This document shows positions 53,301-64,000 of a stretch of 64,000 bases of DNA, piece by piece. Position 1 is the stretch's first letter, and each line of letters opens with the position of its first letter. The position numbers and the translations under genes were made by a program. Source of the stretch: Azolla caroliniana (Eukaryota > Plantae > Polypodiophyta); assembly GCA_043228905.1 (NCBI GenBank), contig JBHGNT010000037.1:124001-188000 (forward strand). Reading direction: 5' to 3'. The notes under the pieces were generated by a model. That model was not told where the DNA came from, did no database searches, and saw only the letters and a program-made list of their open reading frames with translations.

Positions 53301-56300
53301 TGATATCGGATATTTGTGTTCAAACATGCGAATCGAAGATAACAACGCTAGGTATGATATAAAATTAAAAAATCGAGATTTTGAAACTTAGGTCGAGAGA
53401 CATGACGAAATTAACAGTGAGTAAATTAAAATAATCATACCTGGCTCGTGTGATATCGGATTTTTGTGTTCAAACATGCGAATCGAAGCTAACAAAGCTA
53501 GCTATGATATAGAATTAAAAAATCGAGATTTTGAAACTCAGTTCGAGAGACATGAAAAAATTAACATATTTGAGGAGGGAGTTGAGAAGAGCGAGTGAGT
53601 AAATTAAAATGGTCATACCTGGCTCGTGTGATATCGGATTTCTGTGTTCAAACATGCGAATCGAAGCTAACAAGGCTAGCTATGACATAGAATTAAAAAA
53701 TCGAGATTTTGAAACTCAGCTCGAGAGACATGAGGAAATTAGCATATTTGAGGAGGGAGTTGAGAAGAGCGAGTGAGTAAATTAAAATGGTCATACCTGG
53801 CTCGTGTGATATCGGATTTCTGTGTTCAAACATGCGAATCGAAGCTAACAAGGCTAGCTATGACATAGAATTAAAAAATCGAGATTTTGAAACTCACGTT
53901 GAGAGACATGAGGAAATTAGCATGTTGGAGGTAGTGGAGAAGAGTGTGTCAGTAAACTTAAATGTTCATACCTGGCACGTGTGATATCGGATTTCTGTGT
54001 TCAAACATGCGAATCGAAGCTAACAACGCTAGCTATGATATTGAATTGGAAATTCATAATTTTAAAAGTGAGGCCAAGAGACATGACGAAATTAGCAAAT
54101 TTGAGGAGGTAGTGGAGAAGAGTGCGTCAGTAAATTAAAATGGTCATACGTGGCTCGTGTGATATCGGATTTCGGTGTTCAAACATGCGAATCGAAGCTA
54201 ACAAGGCTAGCTATGACATAGAATTAAAAAATCGAGATTTTGAAACTCAGGTCAAGAGACATGAGGATATTCGCATATTTGAGGAGGGAGTGGAGAAGAG
54301 CCAGTGAGTAAATTAAAATAATCATACCTGGCTCGTGTGATATCGGATTTTTGTGTTCAAACATGCGAACCGAAGCTAACAAAGCTAGCTATGATATAGA
54401 ATTAAAAAATCGAGATTTTGAAACTCAGGTCGAGAGACATGACGAAATTAACATATTTAAGGAAGGAGTTGAGAAGAGCCAGTGAGTAAATTAAAATGGT
54501 CATACCTGGCTCGTGTGATATCGGATTTCTGTGTTCAAACATGCGAATCGAAGCTAACAAGGCTAGCTATGACATAGAATTAAAAAATCGAGATTTTGAA
54601 ACTCAGTTCGAGAGACATGAGGAAATTAGCATATTTGAGGAGGGAGTAGAGAAGAGCCAGTGAGTAAATTAAAATGGTCATACCTGGCTCGTGTGATATC
54701 GGATTTTTGTGTTCAAACATGCGAATCGAAGCTAACTACGCTAGCTTTGCTATAGAATTAAAAAATCAAGATTTTGAAACTCACGTTGAGAGACATGAGG
54801 AAATTAGCATGTTGGAGGTAGTGGAGAAGAGTGTGTCAGTAAACTTAAATGTTCATACCTGGCACGTGTGATATCGGATTTCTGTGTTCAAACATGCGAA
54901 TCGAAGCTAACAACGCTAGCTATGATATAGAATTAAAAAATCAAGATTTTGAAACTCAAGTCGAGAGACATGACGAAATTAACATATTTGAGGAGGGAGT
55001 GGAGAAGAGTGCGTCAGGAAATTAAAATGTTCATACCTGGCTCGTGTGATATCAGATTTTTGTGTTCAAACATGCGAATCAAAGTTAACCATGCTAGCTA
55101 TGATATTGAATTGACAAATTATAATTTTAAAACTGAGGCCGAGAGACATGAGGAAAGTAACAAATTTGAGGAGGTATTGGAGAAGAGTACGTCAGTAAAT
55201 TAAAATGTTCATACGTGGCACGTGTGATATCGGATATTTGTGTTCAAACATGCGAATCGAAGATAACAACGCTAGGTATGATATAGAATTAAAAAATCGA
55301 GATTTTGAAACTCAGGTCGAGAGACATGACGAAATTAACATATTTAAGGAAGGAGTTGAGAAGAGCCAGTGAGTAAATTAAAATGGTCATACCTGGCTCG
55401 TGTGATATCGGATTTCTGTGTTCAAACATGCGAATCGAAGCTAACAAGGCTAGCTATGACATAGAATTAAAAAATCGAGATTTTGAAACTCAGTTCGAGA
55501 GACATGAGGAAATTAGCATATTTGAGGAGGGAGTAGAGAAGAGCCAGTGAGTAAATTAAAATGGTCATACCTGGCTCGTGTGATATCGGATTTTTGTGTT
55601 CAAACATGCGAATCGAAGCTAACTACGCTAGCTTTGCTATACAATTAAAAAATCAAGATTTTGAAACTTACGTTGAGAGACATGAGGAAATTAGCATGTT
55701 GGAGGTAGTGGAGAAGAGTGTGTCAGTAAACTTAAATGTTCATACCTGGCACGTGTGATATCGGATTTCTGTGTTCAAACATGCGAATCGAAGTTAACAA
55801 CGCTAGCTATGATATTGAATTGAAAATTCATAATTTTAAAACTAAGGGCGAGAGACATGACGAAATTAGCAAATTTGAGGAGGTAGTGGAGAAGAGTGCG
55901 TCAGTAAATTAAAATGGTCATACGTGGCTCGTGTGATATCGGATTTCGGTGTTCAAACATGTGAATCGAAGCTAACAAGGCTAGCTATGACATAGAATTA
56001 AAAAATCGAGATTTTGAAACTCAGTTCGAGAGACATGAAAAAATTAACATATTTGAGGAGGGAGTTGAGAAGAGCCAGTGAGTAAATTAAAATGGTCATA
56101 CCTGGCTTGTGTGATATCGGATTTCTGTGTTCAAACATGCGAATCGAAGTTAACAACGCTAGCTATGATATTGAATTGAAAATTGAAAATTTTAAAACTG
56201 AGCCCGAGAGACATGACGAAATTAGCAAATTTGAGGAGGTAGTGGAGAAGAGTGCGTCAGTAAATTAAAATGGTCATACGTGGCTCGTGTGATATCGGAT

Positions 56301-59300
56301 TTCTGTGTTCAAACATGCGAATCGAAGCTAACAAGGCTAGCTATGACATAGAATTAACAAATCGAGATTTTGAAACTCAGTTCGAGAGACATGAGGAAAT
56401 TAGCATATTTGAGGAGGGAGTAGAGAAGAGCCAGTGAGTAAATTAAAATGGTCATACCTGGTTCGTGTGATATCGGATTTTTGTGTTCAAACATGCGAAT
56501 CGAAGCTAACTACGCCAGCTTTGATATAGAATTAAAAAATCAAGATTTTGAAACTCACGTCGAGAGACATGAGGAAATTAGCATGTTGGAGGAGGGAGTT
56601 GAGAAGAGCGAGTGAGTAAATTAAAATGGTCACACCTGGCTCGTGTAATATCGGATTTCTGTGTTCAAACATGCGAATCGAAGCTAACAAGGCTAGCTAT
56701 GATATAGAATTAAAAAATCGAGATTTTGAAACTCAGTTCGAGAGACATGAAAAAATTAACATATTTGAGGAGGGAGTTGAGAAGAGCCAGTGAGTAAATT
56801 AAAATGGTCATACCTGGCTTGTGTGATATCGGATTTCTGTGTTCAAACATGCGAATCGAAGTTAACAACGCTAGCTATGATATTGAATTGAAAATTGATA
56901 ATTTTAAAACTGAGGGCGAGAGACATGACGAAATTAGCAAATTTGAGGAGGTAGTGGAGAAGAGTGCGTCAGTAAATTAAAATGGTCATACGTGGCTCGT
57001 GTGATATCGGATTTCGGTGTTCAAACATGTGAATCGAAGCTAACAAGGCTAGCTATGACATAGAATTAAAAAATCGAGATTTTGAAACTCAGTTCGAGAG
57101 ACATGAAAAAATTAACATATTTGAGGAGGGAGTTGAGAAGAGCCAGTGAGTAAATTAAAATGGTCATACCTGGCTTGTGTGATATCGGATTTCTGTGTTC
57201 AAACATGCGAATCGAAGTTAACAACGCTAGCTATGATATTGAATTGAAAATTGAAAATTTTAAAACTGAGCCCGAGAGACATGACGAAATTAGCAAATTT
57301 GAGGAGGTAGTGGAGAAGAGTGCGTCAGTAAATTAAAATGGTCATACGTGGCTCGTGTGATATCGGATTTCTGTGTTCAAACATGCGAATCGAAGCTAAC
57401 AAGGCTAGCTATGACATAGAATTAAAAAATCGAGATTTTGAAACTCAGGTCCAGAGACATGAGGAAATTCGCATATTTCAGGAGGGAGTGGAGAAGAGCC
57501 AGTGAGTAAATTAAAATAGTCATACCTGGCTCGTGTGATATCGGATATTTGTGTTCAAACATGCGAATCGAAGCTAAAAAAGCTAGCTATGATATAGAAT
57601 TAAAAAATCGAGATTTTGAAACTCAGGTCGAGAGACATGACGAAATTAGCATATTTGAGGAGGGCGTTGAGAAGAGCGTGTGAGTAAATTAAAATGGTCA
57701 TACCTGGCTCGTGTGATATCGGATTTCTGTGTTCAAACATGCGAATCGAAGCTAACAAGGCTAGCTATGATATAGAATTAAAAAATCGAGATTTTGAAAC
57801 TCAGTTCGAGAGACATGAAAAAATTAACATATTTGAGGAGGGAGTTGAGAAGAGCCAGTGAGTAAATTAAAATGGTCATACCTGGCTCGTGTGATATCGG
57901 ATTTCTGTGTTCAAACATGCGAATCGAAGTTAACAACGCTAGCTATGATATTGAATTGAAAATTCATAATTTTAAAACTGAGGCCGAGAGACATGACGAA
58001 ATTAGCAAATTTGAGGAGGTAGTGGAGAAGAGTGCGTCAGTAAATTAAAATGGTCATACGTGGCTCGTGTGATATCGGATTTCGGTGTTCAAACATGCGA
58101 ATCGAAGCTAACAAGGCTAGCTATTACATAGAATTAAAAAATCGAGATTTTGAAACTCAGGTCAAGAGACATGAGGAAATTCGCATATTTGAGGAGGGAG
58201 TGGAGAAGAGCCAGTGAGTAAATTAAAATAATCATACCTGGCTCGTGTGATATCGGATTTTTGTGTTCAAACATGCGAACCGAAGCTAACAAAGCTAGCT
58301 ATGATATAGAATTAAAAAATCGAGATTTTGAAACTCAGGTCGAGAGACCTGACGAAATTAACATATTTAAGGAAGGAGTTGAGAAGAGCCAGTGAGTAAA
58401 TTAAAATGGTCATACCTGGCTCGTGTGATATCGGATTTCTGTGTTCAAACATGCGAATCGAGGTTAACAACGCTAGCTATGATATTGAATTGAAAAATTA
58501 GAATTTTAAAACTGAGCCCGAGAGACATGAGGAAATTAGCAAATTTGAGGAGGTAGTGGAGAAGAGTGTGTGAGTAAATTAAAATGTTCATACCTGGCAC
58601 GTGTGATATCGGATTTCTGTGTTCAAACATGCGAATCGAAGCTAACAACGCTAGCTATGATATAGAATTAAAAAATCAAGATTTTGAAACTGACGTCGAA
58701 AGACATGAGGAAATTAGCATGTTGGAGGAGGGAGTCGAGAAGAGTGCGTCAGTAAATTAAAATGTTCATACCTCGCTCGTGTGATATCAGATTTTTGTGT
58801 TCAAACATGCGAATCAAAGTTAACCATGCTAGCTATGATATTGAATTGACAAATTATAATTTTAAAACTGAGGCCGAGAGACATGAGGAAAGTAACAAAT
58901 TTGAGGAGGTAGTGGAGAAGAGTACGTCAGTAAATTAAAATGTTCATACCTGGCACGTGTGATATCGGATATTTGTGTTCAAACATGCGAATCGAAGATA
59001 ACAACGCTAGCTATGATATAGAATTAAAAAATCGAGATTTTGAAACTTAGGTCGAGAGACATGACGAAATTAACATATTTAAGGAGGGAGTTGAGAAGAG
59101 CCAGTGAGTAAATTAAAATGGTCATACCTGGCTCGTGTGATATCGGATTTCTGTGTTCAAACATGCGAATCGAAGCTAACAAGGCTAGCTATGATATAGA
59201 ATTAAAAATCGAGATTTTGAAACGAAAGTCGAGAGACATGAGGAAATTAGCATATTTGAGGAGGGAGTTGAGAAGTGCCAGTGTGTAAATTAAAATGGTC

Positions 59301-62300
59301 ATAGCTGGCTCGTGTGATATCGGATTTATGTGTTCAAACATGCGACTCGAAGATAACAACGCTAGCTATGATATAGAATTAGAAGATCGAGATTTTGAAA
59401 CTCAGGTCGAGAGACATGACAAAATTAACATATTTAAGGAGGGAGTTAAGAATCGGAGCTAACAACGCTAGCTTTGATATAGAATTTAAAAATCAAGATT
59501 TTGAAACTCACGTCGAAAGACATGCCCAAATTAGCATATTTCAGGAGGGAGTTAAGAAGAGCCAGTGAGTAAATTAAAATGGTCATACGTGGCTCGTGTG
59601 ATATCGGATTTCTGTGTTCAAACATGCGAATCGAAGCTAACAAGGCTAGCTATGACATAGAATTAAAAAATAGAGATTTTGAAACTCAGTTCGAGAGACA
59701 TGAGGAAATTAGCATATTTGAGGAGGGAGTAGAGAAGAGCCAGTGAGTAAATTAAAATGGTCATACCTGGCTCGTGTGATATCGGATTTTTGTGTTCAAA
59801 CATGCGAATCGAAGCTAACTACGCTAGCTATGATATAGAATTAAAAAATCAAGATTTTGAAACTCACGTCGAGAGACATGAGGAAATTAGCATGTTGGAG
59901 GAGGGAGTTGAGAAGAGCGAGTGAGTAAATTAAAATGGTCACACCTGGCTCGTGTGATATCGGATTTCTGTGTTCAAACATGCGAATCGAAGCTAACAAG
60001 GCTAGCTATGATATAGAATTAAAAAATCGAAATTTTGAAACTCCGTTCGAGAGACATGAAAAAATTAACATATTTGAGGAGGGAGTTGAGAAGAGCCAGT
60101 GAGTAAATTAAAATAGTCATACCTGGCTCGTGTGATATCGGATTTCTGTGTTCAAACATGCGAATCGAAGCTAACTACGCTAGCTTTGGTATAGAATTAA
60201 AAAATCAAGATTTTGAAACTCACGTTGAGAGACATGAGGAAATTAGCATGTTGGAGGTAGTGGAGAAGAGTGTGTCAGTAAACTTAAATGTTCATACCTG
60301 GCACGTGTGATATCGGATTTCTGTGTTCAAACATGCGAATCGAAGCTAACAACGCTAGCTATGATATAGAATTAAAAAATCAAGATTTTGAAACTCAAGT
60401 CGAGAGACATGACGAAATTAACATATTTGAGGAGGGAGTGGAGAAGAGTGCGTCAGGAAATTAAAATGTTCATACCTGGCTCGTGTGATATCAGATTTTT
60501 GTGTTCAAACATGCGAATCAAAGTTAACCATGCTAGCTATGATATTGAATTGACAAATTATAATTTTAAAACTGAGGCCGAGAGACATGAGGAAAGTAAC
60601 AAATTTGAGGAGGTAGTGGAGAAGAGTACGTCAGTAAATTAAAATGTTCATACCTGGCACGTGTGATATCGGATATTTGTGTTCAAACATGCGAATCGAA
60701 GATAACAACACTAGCTATGATATAGAATTAAAAAATCAAGATTTTGAAACTCAGGTCGAGAGACATGACGAAATTAACACATTTGAGGAGGGAGTGGAGA
60801 AGAGTGCGTCAGGAAATTAAAATGTTCATACCTGGCTCGTGTGATATCAGATTTTTTTGTTCAAACATGCGAATCAAAGTTAACCATGCTAGCTATGATA
60901 TTGAATTGACAAATTATAATTTTAAAACTGAGGCCGAGAGACATGAGGAAAGTAACAAATTTGAGGAGGTAGTGGAGAAGAGTACGTCAGTAAATTAAAA
61001 TGTTCATACCTGGCACGTGTGATATCGGATATTTGTGTTCAAACATGCGAATCGAAGATAACAACGCTAGGTATGATATAGAATTAAAAAATCGAGATTT
61101 TGAAACTTAGGTCGAGAGACATGACGAAATTAACATATTTAAGGAGGGAGTTGAGAAGAGCCAGTGAGTAAATTAAAATGTTCATACCTGGCTCGTGTGA
61201 TATCGGATTTTTGTGTTCAAACATGCGAATCGAAGCTAACTACGCTAGCTTTGCTATAGAATTAAAAAATCAAGATTTTGAAACTCACGTTGAGAGACAT
61301 GAGGAAATTAGCATATTTGAGGAGGGAGTTGAGAAGTGCCAATGTGTAAATTAAAATGGTCATAGCTGGCTCGTGTGATATCGGATTTATGTGTTCAAAC
61401 ATGCGACTCGAAGATAACAACGCTAGCTATGACATAGAATTAAGAGATCGAGATTTTGAAACTCAGGTCGAGAGACATGAGGAAATTAGCATATTTGAGG
61501 AGGGAGTTGAGAAGTGCCAGTGTGTAAATTAAAATGGTCATAGCTGGCTCGTGTGATATCGGATTTATGTGTTCAAACATGCGACTCGAAGATAACAACG
61601 CTAGCTATGACACAGAATTAAAAAATCAAGATTTTGAAACTCAGGTCGAGAGACATGACGAAATTAACATATTTAAGGAAGGAGTTGAGAAGAGCCAGTG
61701 AGTAAATTAAAATGGTCATACCTGGCTCGTGTGATATCAGATTTCTGTGTTCAAACATGCGAATCGAGGTTAACAACGCTAGCTATGATATTGAATTGAA
61801 AAATTAGAATTTTAAAACTGAGGCCGAGACACATGAGGAAATTAGCAAATTTGAGGAGGTAGTGGAGAAGAGTGTGTCAGTAAATTAAAATGTTCATACC
61901 TGGCACGTGTGATATCGGATTTCTGTGTTCAAACATGCGAATCGAAGCTAACAACGCTAGCTATGATATAGAATTAAAAAATCAAGATTTTGAAACTCAG
62001 GTCGAGAGACATGACGAAATTAACACATTTGAGGAGGGAGTGGAGAAGAGTCCGTTAGGAAATTAAAATGTTCATACCTGGCTCGTGTGATATCAGATTT
62101 TTGTGTTCAAACATGCTAGCTATGATATTGAATTGACAAATTATAATTTTAAAACTGAGGACGAGAGACATGAGGAAAGTAACAAATTTGAGGAGGTAGT
62201 GGAGAAGAGTACGTCAGTAAATTAAAATGTTCATACCTGGCACGTGTGATATCGGATATTTGTGTTCAAACATGCGAATCGAAGATAACAACGCTAGGTA

Positions 62301-64000
62301 TGATATAAAATTAAAAAATCGAGATTTTGAAACTTAGGTCGAGAGACATGACGAAATTAACAGTGAGTAAATTAAAATAATCATACCTGGCTCGTGTGAT
62401 ATCGGATTTTTGTGTTCAAACATGCGAATCGAAGCTAACAAAGCTAGCTATGATATAGAATTAAAAAATCGAGATTTTGAAACTCAGTTCGAGAGACATG
62501 AAAAAATTAACATATTTGAGGAGGGAGTTGAGAAGAGCGAGTGAGTAAATTAAAATGGTCATACCTGGCTCGTGTGATATCGGATTTCTGTGTTCAAACA
62601 TGCGAATCGAAGCTAACAAGGCTAGCTATGACATAGAATTAAAAAATCGAGATTTTGAAACTCAGCTCGAGAGACATGAGGAAATTAGCATATTTGAGGA
62701 GGGAGTTGAGAAGAGCGAGTGAGTAAATTAAAATGGTCATACCTGGCTCGTGTGATATCGGATTTCTGTGTTCAAACATGCGAATCGAAGCTAACAAGGC
62801 TAGCTATGACATAGAATTAAAAAATCGAGATTTTGAAACTCACGTTGAGAGACATGAGGAAATTAGCATGTTGGAGGTAGTGGAGAAGAGTGTGTCAGTA
62901 AACTTAAATGTTCATACCTGGCACGTGTGATATCGGATTTCTGTGTTCAAACATGCGAATCGAAGCTAACAACGCTAGCTATGATATTGAATTGGAAATT
63001 CATAATTTTAAAAGTGAGGCCAAGAGACATGACGAAATTAGCAAATTTGAGGAGGTAGTGGAGAAGAGTGCGTCAGTAAATTAAAATGGTCATACGTGGC
63101 TCGTGTGATATCGGATTTCGGTGTTCAAACATGCGAATCGAAGCTAACAAGGCTAGCTATGACATAGAATTAAAAAATCGAGATTTTGAAACTCAGGTCA
63201 AGAGACATGAGGATATTCGCATATTTGAGGAGGGAGTGGAGAAGAGCCAGTGAGTAAATTAAAATAATCATACCTGGCTCGTGTGATATCGGATTTTTGT
63301 GTTCAAACATGCGAACCGAAGCTAACAAAGCTAGCTATGATATAGAATTAAAAAATCGAGATTTTGAAACTCAGGTCGAGAGACATGACGAAATTAACAT
63401 ATTTAAGGAAGGAGTTGAGAAGAGCCAGTGAGTAAATTAAAATGGTCATACCTGGCTCGTGTGATATCGGATTTCTGTGTTCAAACATGCGAATCGAAGC
63501 TAACAAGGCTAGCTATGACATAGAATTAAAAAATCGAGATTTTGAAACTCAGTTCGAGAGACATGAGGAAATTAGCATATTTGAGGAGGGAGTAGAGAAG
63601 AGCCAGTGAGTAAATTAAAATGGTCATACCTGGCTCGTGTGATATCGGATTTTTGTGTTCAAACATGCGAATCGAAGCTAACTACGCTAGCTTTGCTATA
63701 GAATTAAAAAATCAAGATTTTGAAACTCACGTTGAGAGACATGAGGAAATTAGCATGTTGGAGGTAGTGGAGAAGAGTGTGTCAGTAAACTTAAATGTTC
63801 ATACCTGGCACGTGTGATATCGGATTTCTGTGTTCAAACATGCGAATCGAAGCTAACAACGCTAGCTATGATATAGAATTAAAAAATCAAGATTTTGAAA
63901 CTCAAGTCGAGAGACATGACGAAATTAACATATTTGAGGAGGGAGTGGAGAAGAGTGCGTCAGGAAATTAAAATGTTCATACCTGGCTCGTGTGATATCA
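47400..64000 (+). repeat. Tandem 51-monomer duplication (8,946-bp period; second copy cut by the window end)
   Basis: Marker pairs 49499/58445, 50500/59446, 51442/60388, 51798/60744, 53787/62733 and 54674/63620 differ by 8,946. The copies share private deletions of 72, 19, 28 and 1 bp. 51x178 minus (72+19+28+1+4x3) = 8,946. Confidence 0.92.

Larger units (their letters stand above)
11596..64000 (+). repeat. Tandem satellite array, ~178-bp monomer, right arm (~295 monomers; runs off the window end)
   Basis: Same monomer and orientation as the left arm. Includes additional monomer classes (GATATTGAATTG...TTTTAAAACTGAGGCC type; 175-bp ATGTTGGAGGTAGTGG type) arranged in higher-order repeats. Confidence 0.98.

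Noticed and set aside
57-63817. About 70 short ORFs of 60-92 aa (MLASIRMFEH..., MVIPGSCDIG..., MKLKSRDMTK...)
   Set aside because: They are translations of satellite monomers that open or close with single substitutions or the 3-bp deletion. They have no domain similarity or coding signature and were used only as positional markers.
1-64000. CRISPR array, or an RT-associated prokaryotic system (retron, DGR, group II intron)
   Set aside because: The repeats are contiguous 178-bp monomers without unique spacers and there are no cas or accessory genes. The RT motifs (DK-type motif, LPKLHK, GTAMGS, HP and RGYP thumb) are PLE-type.
1-64000. Identification as Arabidopsis CEN178 or primate alpha satellite
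   Set aside because: Only the length is similar. I do not recognise the sequence as either family, so the host is left unassigned.

Overview
Eukaryotic tandem-satellite (centromere-like) DNA. About 97% of the window is one head-to-tail array of a ~178-bp monomer in a single orientation. Its variants form a left domain (1-~8.9 kb) and a right domain with nested higher-order repeats and block duplications (offsets 1,596, 4,438, 4,797, 5,503, 6,393 and 8,946 bp). The only non-satellite sequence is a ~2.07-kb insertion (9522-11595): a 5'-truncated Penelope-like retroelement (PLE). It has an uninterrupted RT+thumb frame that stops where a C-terminal GIY-YIG endonuclease would normally start. Its 3' region holds a C-rich repeat, (TC)25, a TATA box, a minimal type I hammerhead ribozyme with a palindromic stem III, and a pyrimidine tract. 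The insertion has no target-site duplication. It removed 16 bp of a near-palindromic satellite site, and its last 8 nt are the reverse complement of the first 8 deleted nt. All other ORFs in the track are satellite artefacts. The host organism cannot be identified from the sequence alone.
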